The notes below the pieces were generated by a model. The model saw only the letters and a program-made list of their open reading frames with translations, was not told where the DNA came from and did not search any database. A stretch of DNA of 64,000 nucleotides from an uncultured Oscillospiraceae bacterium (GTDB lineage: Bacteria; Bacillota; Clostridia; Oscillospirales; Oscillospiraceae): NCBI GenBank assembly GCA_905234855.1, contig CAJOIU010000006.1, positions 1,893 to 65,892 of the forward strand. Direction: 5' to 3'. The translations under genes and the position numbers were made by a program. Shown piece by piece: positions 23,751 to 33,233 of this stretch (the stretch's first letter is position 1; every line of letters begins with the position of its first letter).

Positions 23751-25124
23751 ATGTTTTTGCGAGACAATACCGTATTCGTTCCCGTCAAGGATCCGAATCT
23801 TTCCAAGGAAAAAACGCCCATGCCCGCCCAGCCGCCGGAGCAGCGGATCGCCAACTATGACGAGGTGGCTCTCGGCTATACCGAGGAGCTGGCAGCGGCG
23901 GAGTCCGCCCGCTGCCTCAAATGCCCCGCCCGTTATTGCTCCGAGACGTGCCCCGCCCATGTGCCCACGACGGAATTTATCGCCAAGGTGCGCGCCGGGG
24001 ATTATCAGGCGGCCTATGAGCTCATCTCGGAGAAAAACGCCCTGCCCGCCATCACCGGCCGGGTCTGCGCACAGGAAAAGCAGTGCGAGCTCAACTGCAC
24101 GCGAGGCATCCGAGGCGAGAGCGTTTCCATCGGCCGGCTGGAGGCCTTCGTGGCCGACTGGCACGCCGCCCACGGCAAACCGCTGCCCTGCGCGGCGAAA
24201 AACGGCATCCCCGTCGCGGTGGCGGGCTCCGGCCCCGCGGGACTTGCCTGCGCGGACGATCTGTCCCGGGCGGGCTATGACGTGACCCTCTTCGAGGCGA
24301 AGGACTTCATGGGCGGCATCCCCGTCTACGGCATCCCCGGCTTCGTCCTCCCGAACGCGATCGTGGATCGCAAGCTCGCTGAGCTCCGGGCGCAGGGCGT
24401 CGGGATGAAGGTCGGCGTCAAGGTCGGCACGGACATCACCGTGGAGGAGCTTTGCTCCCAGTATAAGGCCGTGTTCGTCGCCACCGGCGCCAGCAAGCCC
24501 GTGCTGCCCGGCATTCCGGGCGAGACGCTTCCGGGCGTATATACGGCAAACGAGTATCTCACGGCGGCGAACGTCGCCCATACGCCCATCCCCGGCAAGA
24601 GGGTGCTCGTGATCGGCGGCGGCAACACCGCCATCGACGCCGCCCGCTGCGCCATCCGCTCCGGGTCGGAGCAGGTCACCATCGTCTACCGCCGCTCCGA
24701 GGCGGAGATGCCCGCCCGCCGGGAGGAGATCGCCCACGCCGCGGAGGAAGGCGCCGCATTACAGCTCATGGCCGCCCCGGCGGAGTTTACCGCGACGGAC
24801 GGCGTCCTTTCCGGCCTCGTGTGCCGCCGCACCGTCCTCACCGCCCCGGACTATCCCGGCGGCAGAAACGGCATCGCCGTCACGGAGGAGCAGTTTACGC
24901 TGGAGGCCGACGTGGCCGTGCTGGCGCTGGGCTTCACCGCCGAGCCGATCCCCGGCCTCAAAACAAACGACAAGGGCTGCATCGTGGTGGATCGGGACAC
25001 CCTCGCCGCGTCGCAGGACGGAGCTTACGCCGGCGGCGACGCCGTGACCGGAGCAAACACCCTCGTGCATGCCATGGCCGCAGGCAAAAGAGCCGCCGCC
25101 GTCATCCAAGAGCGGCTGGGGTAA
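23751..25124 (+). CDS. GltD/NfnB-like NAD(P)H-dependent iron-sulfur flavoprotein
   Basis: RBS AAGGAGGG. The RCLKCPARYCSETCPAHV...CAQEKQCELNCTRG cluster region and VAVAGSGPAGLACADDL...GIPGFVLP match the glutamate synthase small-subunit family. Confidence 0.85.
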   Translation: MFLRDNTVFVPVKDPNLSKEKTPMPAQPPEQRIANYDEVALGYTEELAAAESARCLKCPARYCSETCPAHVPTTEFIAKVRAGDYQAAYELISEKNALPAITGRVCAQEKQCELNCTRGIRGESVSIGRLEAFVADWHAAHGKPLPCAAKNGIPVAVAGSGPAGLACADDLSRAGYDVTLFEAKDFMGGIPVYGIPGFVLPNAIVDRKLAELRAQGVGMKVGVKVGTDITVEELCSQYKAVFVATGASKPVLPGIPGETLPGVYTANEYLTAANVAHTPIPGKRVLVIGGGNTAIDAARCAIRSGSEQVTIVYRRSEAEMPARREEIAHAAEEGAALQLMAAPAEFTATDGVLSGLVCRRTVLTAPDYPGGRNGIAVTEEQFTLEADVAVLALGFTAEPIPGLKTNDKGCIVVDRDTLAASQDGAYAGGDAVTGANTLVHAMAAGKRAAAVIQERLG

Positions 25125-25147
25125 GCCTGCTCATACAATAAAACGAA

Positions 25148-25186
25148 CAGCAGCCATCCCGCAAAAAATGGGATGGCTGCTGTTTT
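25148..25186. terminator. bidirectional terminator between convergent genes
   Basis: 13-bp stem cagcagccatccc / gggatggctgctg, with T-rich runs on both sides. Confidence 0.8.
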
Positions 25187-25195
25187 GCGCCTCGG

Positions 25196-26338
25196 TCACA
25201 CGATCTCGGAATAGCTGCCGAGGTAACGGAAGTTCTCGCTCATCTCCTCCAGATCCCCCAAAAGCTGGAGCAGGTTCGGGGAATAGATGGAGGCGTCCAG
25301 ATCGAAATAGAACATGAACTCAAAATCCCGATCCGGCAGGGGACGGCTTTCCAGCTTTGTGAGGTTCACGTTCAGCGCGGCGATCCGCGCCATGATATGA
25401 TACAGCGCTCCCGGTCGATGGGGCAGGGTGAGCATGACGCTCGTCCGATCCGCGCCGGGGAAGATCTCCGTATCCTTCCCGATGCAGATGAACCGGGTGT
25501 GGTTGTTCCCCGTGTCCTGCACGGCAGAGGCCAGCGTTTTGAGGCCGTAAAGCTCCGCGCAGCTATAGGAGGAAAGCGCTGCGATATCGCTGCGCCCGGA
25601 TTCGGCCACGAGCTTCGCCGCCGCGGCGGTATTGGCGCAGGGGGTGACGCGCATCTGCGGGTGTTTTTTCAAGAAATCGGCGCATTGGCTGATGGCCTGC
25701 TCATGGGAGCATACCTCCCGGATATCCTCAAGCCGCGCCCCCGGCCGCGCCAGCAGATTGTGATCGACCTTCACACGGACGGAGCGGACGATCACGAGAT
25801 GATACCGCATCATGAGATCGTAGATCTTGTTGACCGATCCGGCGGTGCTGTTTTCCAGCGGCAGCACCCCATAGCGGCAGTCGCCCTCCGCGATGGCGGC
25901 GAAAACATCCTCAAAATCGCTCTTATACGAAAGCTCAGGCTCCCGGAACAGCTTTTCCGCCGCAATCTGGGAATAGGCTCCCTCCACACCCTGACAGGCC
26001 ACCTTGGCCTGCACGGGAAAGAGCTTCGGCGTCATCTCCAGCGCCTCGGCGATCCGCGCCGCGAAGGGGTTCGTCCGGCCGACGGCGGCATCCTGATAGC
26101 TGTGGCTCACGTCCAGCAGCGTGGAATACAGCACCCCCGCATATCCCTCCAGCGCCTCGCCCGCCTGCGCGCGGAAACGGGCGCGGGCGGCTCGCTCCCA
26201 GCCCACGTCCGGCGTGAGGATATCCCGGGCTGCCTTCTCCCGGGCTGCCTGCGCGCTCAGCTCCATCCGCTGCGCAAACAGCGCGGCGAGCTGACGATCC
26301 GTCTCGTCAAGCTGTTCATAGATTCTCTCAAGTTCCAT
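25196..26338 (-). CDS. pheA: bifunctional chorismate mutase / prephenate dehydratase
   Basis: N-terminal CM helix (LDETDRQLAALFAQRMELS), a PDT domain (KVACQGVEGAYSQIAAEKLF) and a C-terminal ACT domain (LTLPHRPGALYHIM...ESRP). The predicted -10 lies between the two candidate ATGs and favours 26338. Confidence 0.85.
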   Translation of the reverse strand: MELERIYEQLDETDRQLAALFAQRMELSAQAAREKAARDILTPDVGWERAARARFRAQAGEALEGYAGVLYSTLLDVSHSYQDAAVGRTNPFAARIAEALEMTPKLFPVQAKVACQGVEGAYSQIAAEKLFREPELSYKSDFEDVFAAIAEGDCRYGVLPLENSTAGSVNKIYDLMMRYHLVIVRSVRVKVDHNLLARPGARLEDIREVCSHEQAISQCADFLKKHPQMRVTPCANTAAAAKLVAESGRSDIAALSSYSCAELYGLKTLASAVQDTGNNHTRFICIGKDTEIFPGADRTSVMLTLPHRPGALYHIMARIAALNVNLTKLESRPLPDRDFEFMFYFDLDASIYSPNLLQLLGDLEEMSENFRYLGSYSEIV

Positions 26339-26369
26339 GGTTTCCGTCCCTTTCTCTCGATACTCCGCC

Positions 26370-26398
26370 ATTATAGCGCAAAAAAATACCCGGCGCAA
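26370..26398 (-). promoter_or_regulatory. pheA promoter
   Basis: Minus strand: TTGCGC, 17 nt, TATAAT. The -35 sits in the descending arm of the rnf terminator. Confidence 0.5.
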
Positions 26399-26416
26399 CG
26401 GTTTGCTGCGCCGGGT
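26380..26416 (-). terminator. intrinsic terminator of the rnf operon
   Basis: acccggcgca / tgcgccgggt stem followed on the minus strand by ATTTTTTT. Confidence 0.8.
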
Positions 26417-26436
26417 GAAAAGGTAATGCTTTTGGT

Positions 26437-27231
26437 TCAGCGGATATCCACGATGCAGTGACGAGGGCAAATGTCCGAGCAATGGCCGCAGTTTACGCAT
26501 TTCGTCTGATCGATGACCGCCAGGAAGCCGTCCATGGAGATGGCGTCCGCCGGGCATTCGCGCACGCACTTCTGGCAGCCGATGCAGCCTTTGTCGCAGT
26601 ATTTCATGACGACAGGACCCTTGTCGGTGGAGCGGCAGGCCACGATATCGGTGGACGTGGCGGGAACCTTCTCGATGAGGTTCTTGGGGCAGGCCTCGGC
26701 GCACTTCATGCAGCCGACGCACTTGGAGCGATCGACCTGCGCGATGCCGTCCACGATATGCATGGCATCGAAGGGGCAGGCCGCTACGCAATCGCCATAG
26801 CCCATGCAGCCGAAGGAGCAGACGTTCGCGCCGCTGCCGCCGCCCAGACGGGCAGCCGCGATGCAGGAATCGAGCCCCTCATAATCGAACTTCTGCTTCG
26901 TGTGGCCGCAGGTGCCGGAGCAGCGCACGAAGGCGTAATACTTCTCGCCCGCGCCGGCGGAAACGCCCATGATCTCCGCAATCTTCTTCGCGGCCTCGTC
27001 GCCGCCGGGAACGCAGGCGTTCGTAGGCGCCTCGCCCTTGGCGACGGCGGCGGCATAGCCCGCGCAGCCGGGATAACCGCAGGCGCCGCAGTTCGCGCCC
27101 GCGCAGGCGGCCAGCACCGCCTCTTCCTTCGGATCGACCTCCACGGCGAATACCTTGCCGGCGATGGCCAGCAGAATGCCAAACAGCAGACCCAGCGCGC
27201 CGAGGATCAGGATTGCCCAAATAACTGTCAT
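26437..27231 (-). CDS. rnfB: Rnf complex subunit B
   Basis: N-terminal TM helix, CGACGYPGC motif and several 4Fe-4S ferredoxin motifs. RBS AAGGAGG. Confidence 0.9.
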   Translation of the reverse strand: MTVIWAILILGALGLLFGILLAIAGKVFAVEVDPKEEAVLAACAGANCGACGYPGCAGYAAAVAKGEAPTNACVPGGDEAAKKIAEIMGVSAGAGEKYYAFVRCSGTCGHTKQKFDYEGLDSCIAAARLGGGSGANVCSFGCMGYGDCVAACPFDAMHIVDGIAQVDRSKCVGCMKCAEACPKNLIEKVPATSTDIVACRSTDKGPVVMKYCDKGCIGCQKCVRECPADAISMDGFLAVIDQTKCVNCGHCSDICPRHCIVDIR

Positions 27232-27245
27232 ATCTCAGCGCCTCC

Positions 27246-27830
27246 TTACATGATCTTCATGCCGGAGAAGCCCATGAACGCCAGAGCGAACAGAGCCGCG
27301 GACACGAGGCAGATGGCGAAACCCTCGAAGGCCTTCGGGTAATCGGCAAACTCCAGCCGCTCGCGGATGCTGGCAAACAGCACCAGCGCCAGCGCGAAGC
27401 CCACGCCGCCGGTGAAGCCGTAGACGACGCTTTCGAGGAAATTATAGTTGTTCTGGGTGTTCAGCAGAACGACACCCAGCACCGCGCAGTTGGTGGTGAT
27501 GAGAGGCAGGAAGATGCCCATGGCCGAATACAGCGCGGGGATGGATTTTTTGAGGAACATCTCCACAAACTGCACCAGCACCGCGATGACGAGGATGAAC
27601 GCCACCGTCTGCATAAAAGCGAGGTTCAGCGGGATGAGCAGGTAGGTGTTGATGACCCAGCAGATGGCGGAGGCCAGCGTCATGACGAAGATGACAGCCA
27701 CGCTCATGCCGGTGGCGGTGCTCATCTTATTCGACACGCCCATGAACGGGCAGATGCCCAGAAACTGGGAGAACACGAAGTTGTTCACCAGAATGGCTCC
27801 CAGAGAAATGGAAACGAGGGAAGCAAGCAT
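27246..27830 (-). CDS. rnfA: Rnf complex subunit A
   Basis: [29 protein letters not shown]... is the typical RnfA/NqrE family start. The start overlaps the rnfE stop (TAATG). Confidence 0.9.
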   Translation of the reverse strand: MLASLVSISLGAILVNNFVFSQFLGICPFMGVSNKMSTATGMSVAVIFVMTLASAICWVINTYLLIPLNLAFMQTVAFILVIAVLVQFVEMFLKKSIPALYSAMGIFLPLITTNCAVLGVVLLNTQNNYNFLESVVYGFTGGVGFALALVLFASIRERLEFADYPKAFEGFAICLVSAALFALAFMGFSGMKIM

Positions 27831-28510
27831 TATTCCTGAACCTCCTTTTCTTTCGCGTCCTTCTTCTTCGCGCCCTTGGACAGCAGATGCTGCATCAGCG
27901 CATAGAGGAAGCCCAGCGTGAGGAAGCCGCCGAAGGGCAGAACAAGGATGCCCGCCGCGTATTCCTGCGGGAAGATGCGGATGCCGGCGCCGGTGCCGTC
28001 GAGGGTGATGAAGCTCGAAGCGCCGTTCAGGAGGCCGCCGCCGATGGTGCCGCTGCCGAGAAGCTCGCGGATGAGGCACATCGCGATCAGCACCGCCGTA
28101 TAGCCGAGGCCTTGGAAAATGCCGTCGAACAGGGAATCCTTCACGCTGTTCTTGGAGCTGAACGCCTCCGCGCGGCCGATGATGATACAGTTGACGACAA
28201 TGAGCGGGATAAACACGCCCAGCGCATCCGACAGCGCGGGGATGAACGCCTGCAGCAGAAGATCCACAATGGTGACGAAGCCCGCGATGACCACCACGAA
28301 GATGGCCAGACGCACCTGTTCGGGGATGATCTTGCGGATGGCCGCCACGACCACATTGCAGCAGGTGAGGATGATGAGGACGGACAGACCCATGCCAAGG
28401 CCGTTGAAGAGCGTCGTGGAGATCGCCATGGTGGCGCACAGGCCGATCTGCTGCACAAGAACGGGGTTATTGGTGATAACACCTTCAAAAAGCTGTTGTT
28501 TTCGGTTCAT
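27830..28510 (-). CDS. rnfE: Rnf complex subunit E
   Basis: [12 protein letters not shown]...[17 protein letters not shown] matches the RnfE/NqrD family. Confidence 0.9.
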   Translation of the reverse strand: MNRKQQLFEGVITNNPVLVQQIGLCATMAISTTLFNGLGMGLSVLIILTCCNVVVAAIRKIIPEQVRLAIFVVVIAGFVTIVDLLLQAFIPALSDALGVFIPLIVVNCIIIGRAEAFSSKNSVKDSLFDGIFQGLGYTAVLIAMCLIRELLGSGTIGGGLLNGASSFITLDGTGAGIRIFPQEYAAGILVLPFGGFLTLGFLYALMQHLLSKGAKKKDAKEKEVQE

Positions 28511-28525
28511 GCTTTATTTACCTCC

Positions 28526-29245
28526 TTAACCCGCAGAGGCCGTGCCGGGCTCCGCGCTGGGGAGATTCACAGCGGGAGGGGCGGGCTCGGTATTGGGCAG
28601 CGGCGCGGGCTGCGCCTCGGTCGGAACGGTCTGCGTCACATAGATATCCGCGGATGCGTCCGAGCTGCCCGTGACGGGCGCGGCGACCGCGATCGCATTG
28701 GACACGCTCAGCGTGCGGCAGACGTTCAGCGCCGCGGTGACGCCGCGGCAAATCGCCTTGGAGGTGATGGTCGCGCCGGAGATGGCGTCGATGGCGCCGC
28801 CCTCCTTTGTGACCGCCACGGTGCCTGTCTGGCCGACGAACTGGGCGCGGAATGCATCGCCCTTCTCACTTTGCTGGGAGGCGATGGCGCCGAGGCCGGC
28901 GGTCTCGCTCGATTCGGTGACGGAGATGCCGGTGCAGTAGTAGTTCACGTCCACGCCGACCATCAGCGTTACAAGACCCTGCGAGCCGGATTCCGTGACC
29001 TGCACGACCCAGCCGGCGCCGGGCGCCTCATAAATGGCGTTGATCTCGCCGTCGTCTTCATACCCGGTGTCCGCATAGGAGGAGGCGGGCAGGACGGCCT
29101 GCATGGCGTTTTCCATCTTCTCCTGCGCGATGGATTCGATCCGGCCGGAGGTGGCGAGGCTCACGCCGCCGAGCACCAGCGCCGCGATAGCGGCGACGAT
29201 GAGAAGTACCAGCGCGGGACGCACAAAATCAATGGCTTTTTTCAT
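28526..29245 (-). CDS. rnfG: Rnf complex subunit G (FMN-binding), with a Pro/Ala-rich C-terminal tail
   Basis: N-terminal anchor. ISGATITSKAI is the covalent-FMN motif. Confidence 0.88.
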   Translation of the reverse strand: MKKAIDFVRPALVLLIVAAIAALVLGGVSLATSGRIESIAQEKMENAMQAVLPASSYADTGYEDDGEINAIYEAPGAGWVVQVTESGSQGLVTLMVGVDVNYYCTGISVTESSETAGLGAIASQQSEKGDAFRAQFVGQTGTVAVTKEGGAIDAISGATITSKAICRGVTAALNVCRTLSVSNAIAVAAPVTGSSDASADIYVTQTVPTEAQPAPLPNTEPAPPAVNLPSAEPGTASAG

Positions 29246-30261
29246 GCGTTTTCCTCCCCCTTCCTGCCCTTACGGGAGATTTTCGCCCAAAGCTTCCGAA
29301 AGCTGTGCTTGGGCTCGACGCCGAAGCGGCGGGGGGCGGTGGCCTTGTCGATCATCCAGACCATGAGGTTCATGATGAGGATCGCATAGGAAACGCCCTC
29401 GGGATAGGAGCCAAAATAGCGGATCAGCACGGTGAGGAGGCCGCAGCCGACGCCGAAGATGATCTGCCCCTTCGGGGTGACGGGGCTGGTGCAGTAGTCG
29501 GTCGCCATGAAGATGGCACCGAGCAGTAGGCCGCCGGAAAAGACGTTCTGCAGCATCCACATAAAGTGGCCGTTGCCCTTGGAGAAGATGAGGGTTATAA
29601 CGGCGACGGTGCCGATGAAGCTCAGGGGGATGCGCAGGGAGATGACCTTGCGGTAGACGAGATACGCGCCGCCCAAAAGCAGGGCGATGGCGCTGATCTC
29701 ACCGATGCAGCCGCCGGTATTGCCGAGGAGCATCGCGCCGAGGCTCGTGGAGGACAGCGCGCCCTGATGCAGCGAGGCCAGCGGCGTGGCATAGGTCGCC
29801 GCGTCCACATGCTGGAAGTTCGCGGGACGCCAGCTCGTCATGAGGACGGCGTAGGACGCGAGCAGGAACGCGCGTCCGGCAAGCGCGGGGTTCAGGAAGT
29901 TCTTTCCTATGCCGCCGAAGAGCTGCTTTACCACCACGATGGCAAAGAGCGCGCCGATAATGGGCAGCCACCAAGGCGCCGTGGGCGGCAGGCAGAAGGC
30001 CAGCAGCACGCCCGTGACCACGGCGGAGAGATCGCCGAAGGTATCGGGCTTTTTCATGAGGCGGCGATAACCGAACTCGAAGAGCACGCAGCTCGCCACG
30101 GAGATCGCCGTCACCATGATCGGACGCCAGCCGAAGAAAATGATCGAGGCAAGGAACGCGGGAGCGAGGGCGATCAGCACGTCCAGCATGATGACCTTCG
30201 TGTCGCGCGGAGTGCGGATGTGCGGGGAGGAGGATACGATCAGGGTTTTCGTCTCGTTCAT
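29242..30261 (-). CDS. rnfD: Rnf complex subunit D
   Basis: SSSPHIR start region, polytopic, and ATDYCTSP (FMN-threonine region). Confidence 0.9.
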   Translation of the reverse strand: MNETKTLIVSSSPHIRTPRDTKVIMLDVLIALAPAFLASIIFFGWRPIMVTAISVASCVLFEFGYRRLMKKPDTFGDLSAVVTGVLLAFCLPPTAPWWLPIIGALFAIVVVKQLFGGIGKNFLNPALAGRAFLLASYAVLMTSWRPANFQHVDAATYATPLASLHQGALSSTSLGAMLLGNTGGCIGEISAIALLLGGAYLVYRKVISLRIPLSFIGTVAVITLIFSKGNGHFMWMLQNVFSGGLLLGAIFMATDYCTSPVTPKGQIIFGVGCGLLTVLIRYFGSYPEGVSYAILIMNLMVWMIDKATAPRRFGVEPKHSFRKLWAKISRKGRKGEENA

Positions 30262-30262
30262 C

Positions 30263-31633
30263 TCATTTCTCCTCCTTCTTTTCTTCCGCCTTGGCCTTTT
30301 CGGCCTCTTCCTTTGCCTTCAAAGCGGCGTTATAGGCTTGGATCTTGGCCTTGCCGGTCTTGAAGGCATGGGTGAGGTGCAGGCGTCCGGGGCAGATGTA
30401 GGTGCAGGCGCCGCATTCCACGCAGTCCGTGAGATTGAGCTTCTGCATCATCTCGATATCGCCCTTTTCCTCGTAGATATACATGTAAATGGGCTGGAGG
30501 TTCATGGGGCAGGCGGAGATGCACTGGCCGCAGCGGATGCAGGTGGGATTCTCGACAGTCTTGTCCTCGTCCTCCGCAAAGGCGAGGAGCGACGCCGTAC
30601 CCTTGCCGCAGGGGACGGCGAGGTCATACTGCGCAAGGCCCATCATCGGGCCGCCCATGATGATCTTCCAAGGCTCCTTCTGGAAGCCGCCGGTCTGCTC
30701 GAACACCCATTGCATCGGGGTTCCGACGCGTACCTTGACGTTTTTCGGCTCGGCAATGGCGGAGCCCGAAACGGTGACGACGCGCTCGATGGCGGGCCAG
30801 CCCTCATAGCAGGCGCGATACACGCTGTAGGACGTGAAGGTGTTGAAAACGGCGCAGCCTACCTGCGCGGGCAGACCGCCGGGAGGCACCTCGCGGCCGG
30901 TGATGGTCTGGATCAGCGTTTTTTCCGCGCCCTGCGGGTACTGGCACTTCAAGGGGACGATCTCGATGCCCATCTCCGCCGCGCCGTGGAAATTCAGCAG
31001 CTCAATGGCGAACTTCTTGTTGAGCTCGATGCCGAAATAGGCCTTCTCCACCTTGCAGGCGCGCATGATGAGCTGGATGCCCTTCAGAAGCTCCACCGGG
31101 TGCTCCAGCATGGTGCGGTGGTCGCTCGTTATGTAGGGCTCGCACTCGGCGCCGTTGATGATGACGGTGTCCACCTTGCCCCAGCCGCTCGTGATCTTGA
31201 AGGCCGTAGGGAAGGTAGCGCCGCCCATGCCGACGATGCCGGCCTCGCGGATGATGGCGGCGATCTTATCGGGATCTTCGAGATCATCCTCCGGCGCGGG
31301 AACAAGCGTCTCCGCGGGCGTGTCTTTGAAATCGTTTTCGATGATGACGGCCGTGACCATATTGCCGAGGTTATTGAGCCGCGGTTCGATGGCGACGACC
31401 TTGCCGGAGACCGACGCATGCACCGGCGCGGACACGGGCGCCTTCGCCTCGCCGATCTTCTGACCCAGCTTCACCTCATCCCCGACGGCGACGAGCGGCG
31501 TACAGGGAGCGCCGATATGCTGGGACATGGGGATGACCACCTGCGCGGGCTGCGGTATGGTGGAGATCGCCGTTTGGTTGGCGGGCGCTTTCATATCCTT
31601 CGGATGCACGCCGCCATGGGACTTAAATAGCAT
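30263..31633 (-). CDS. rnfC: Rnf complex subunit C
   Basis: FKSHGGVHP start, GMGGATFPT, and two 4Fe-4S motifs (CIRCGQCISACP, CVECGACTYICP). Lys/Glu-rich tail. Second ATG chosen for RBS spacing. Confidence 0.9.
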   Translation of the reverse strand: MLFKSHGGVHPKDMKAPANQTAISTIPQPAQVVIPMSQHIGAPCTPLVAVGDEVKLGQKIGEAKAPVSAPVHASVSGKVVAIEPRLNNLGNMVTAVIIENDFKDTPAETLVPAPEDDLEDPDKIAAIIREAGIVGMGGATFPTAFKITSGWGKVDTVIINGAECEPYITSDHRTMLEHPVELLKGIQLIMRACKVEKAYFGIELNKKFAIELLNFHGAAEMGIEIVPLKCQYPQGAEKTLIQTITGREVPPGGLPAQVGCAVFNTFTSYSVYRACYEGWPAIERVVTVSGSAIAEPKNVKVRVGTPMQWVFEQTGGFQKEPWKIIMGGPMMGLAQYDLAVPCGKGTASLLAFAEDEDKTVENPTCIRCGQCISACPMNLQPIYMYIYEEKGDIEMMQKLNLTDCVECGACTYICPGRLHLTHAFKTGKAKIQAYNAALKAKEEAEKAKAEEKKEEK

Positions 31634-31668
31634 GAGCATCACCTCTGCTTCTATTTTGATACTAAAGT

Positions 31669-31698
31669 ATAATATCATATCAAGGTACGACTTGTCTA
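31669..31698 (-). promoter_or_regulatory. candidate rnf promoter
   Basis: Minus strand: TAGACA, 18 nt, TATTAT. Confidence 0.35.
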
Positions 31699-31750
31699 CA
31701 ACGGAATCCGTCAAAAACTGCAAATTCTGTCAGCCGGACTCCCGGTCAAG

Positions 31751-31783
31751 GCGAAAGCCTCCCAATAAACGGGAGGCTTTCGC
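31751..31783. terminator. 13-bp stem-loop downstream of tdk
   Basis: gcgaaagcctccc / gggaggctttcgc. The T-rich tail is on the plus side only, so orientation is ambiguous. Confidence 0.5.
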
Positions 31784-31799
31784 TGTCTGTTTTTCGCGG

Positions 31800-32387
31800 T
31801 TATTCCTGTTTTTCCCTCTGGCGGAGGATCTTCTCCGTCCAGCAGCGGTGGCACATGGCGGTATAGCGGTCGTTCCCGCCCAGCATCACCTGCGCGCCCT
31901 CCGTCACCACGTTTCCCTCAGCGTCGAGGCGGGCGTTCACGATGGCCTTGCGGCCGCAGGTGCAGATGGTTTTGATCTCCGTGATGGAATCGGCCACCTC
32001 CATGAGGCGCCGGGCGCCGGGGAAGAATTTCGTCTGGAAATCTGTCCGTAGCCCGAAGCACATGACCGGGATATCCGCCGTATCAACGATATCCCGCAGC
32101 TCGTCGATCTGCCCCGTCGTGAAAAATTGCGCCTCATCGGCGATAATGACGTCGCACCAGCCGGCGGCCTGATACTTTTTGCCGATGCTGTCCTCTGGCG
32201 CGATGATTTCCGCATGGGCGGACAGGCCGATGCGCGAGGCGACGATGTCCGCGCCGTCGCGGGTATCCACCGAGGGCTTGATGAGCCAGCAGCGCATGCC
32301 CTGCTCCTCATAGTTGAATTTGGTGATGAGCGCCTGCGCGGACTTGGAGGAGCCCATCGCGCCGTATTTGAAATAGAGCTTAGCCAC
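31800..32387 (-). CDS. tdk: thymidine kinase
   Basis: GTG start. GAMGSSKS P-loop and the C-terminal zinc-ribbon cysteines (CTCGRKA...CHRC). Confidence 0.9.
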   Translation of the reverse strand: MAKLYFKYGAMGSSKSAQALITKFNYEEQGMRCWLIKPSVDTRDGADIVASRIGLSAHAEIIAPEDSIGKKYQAAGWCDVIIADEAQFFTTGQIDELRDIVDTADIPVMCFGLRTDFQTKFFPGARRLMEVADSITEIKTICTCGRKAIVNARLDAEGNVVTEGAQVMLGGNDRYTAMCHRCWTEKILRQREKQE

Positions 32388-33009
32388 GGTTTTCCCCCTC
32401 CAAATGGGCGCGGACGCGCTCGACGAGCAGCGTCATCGCCACCTCGTTTTTGCCGCCCTCCGGGATGATGATGTCCGCCCGGCGGCGGCTCGGCTCCACA
32501 TACAGCTCGTGCATGGGCTTCACGGTGGTCAGATACTGGTTCACCACCGATTCGAGGCTGCGGCCGCGATCCCGCACGTCCCGCACGATGCGACGCAGGA
32601 TGCGCACATCGGCGTCCGTGTCCACGAATACCTTGATATCCATCGCGTCGCACAGCGCCTTGTTCTCCAGAATGAGGATGCCCTCCACGAGGATCACCGG
32701 CGCGGGACGGATCGTTACCGTGCGGTCGGAGCGGTTGTGGACGGTGAAGTCGTATACGGGACACTCCACCGGCCGTCCCTGCTGGAGCTGCCGGAGCTGC
32801 TCGAGCATCAGATCCGTGTCGAAGGCGGCCGGCTCGTCATAGTTGAGCTTGGCGCGCTCCTCCATGGACAGGCTGTCGTGGGACTTGTAATAATTGTCGT
32901 GATAGAGCGTGCATACGCGATCCCCAAAGCTGCGCTGCAGGCGGCGGGTGATGGTCGTCTTCCCACTGCCTGTGCCGCCGGCGATCCCGATGGTCAGGAC
33001 CCTGCTCAT
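32380..33009 (-). CDS. udk: uridine kinase
   Basis: IGIAGGTGSGKTT P-loop, YHDNYYK, DEPAAFD and VEGILIL are Udk family signatures. The stop overlaps the tdk start by 8 nt. Confidence 0.9.
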   Translation of the reverse strand: MSRVLTIGIAGGTGSGKTTITRRLQRSFGDRVCTLYHDNYYKSHDSLSMEERAKLNYDEPAAFDTDLMLEQLRQLQQGRPVECPVYDFTVHNRSDRTVTIRPAPVILVEGILILENKALCDAMDIKVFVDTDADVRILRRIVRDVRDRGRSLESVVNQYLTTVKPMHELYVEPSRRRADIIIPEGGKNEVAMTLLVERVRAHLEGENRG

Positions 33010-33143
33010 CCGGGCACCCCCTCGGTTTCTTTTTCTGAAAGGAATTATAACACATCCGCCGCGCCGCCGCAACCGCGGAGGCAGCTTTCCTCGATCCGCC
33101 CGGTGCGGATATCTTTATTTTTCTTTATTTTCCTCCCGCCGAC

Positions 33144-33172
33144 TTGAAGTTGCAGGGGGAGCATGATATAAT
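33144..33172 (+). promoter_or_regulatory. promoter of the BMP/ABC operon
   Basis: TTGAAG, 17 nt, TGaTATAAT (extended -10). Confidence 0.6.
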
Positions 33173-33233
33173 ATCATAGTCGGCAAATACTAAGGATTGA
33201 CAAAAACAATTTTTGAAAAGGAGACAAAAGACA

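Noticed and set aside
26339-26791. Upstream extension of the pheA ORF (531-aa version); also the 397-aa ORF 27246-28439
   Set aside because: The extensions run through the rnf terminator or through rnfB and rnfE in alternative frames. The shorter genes match their families from the first residue.
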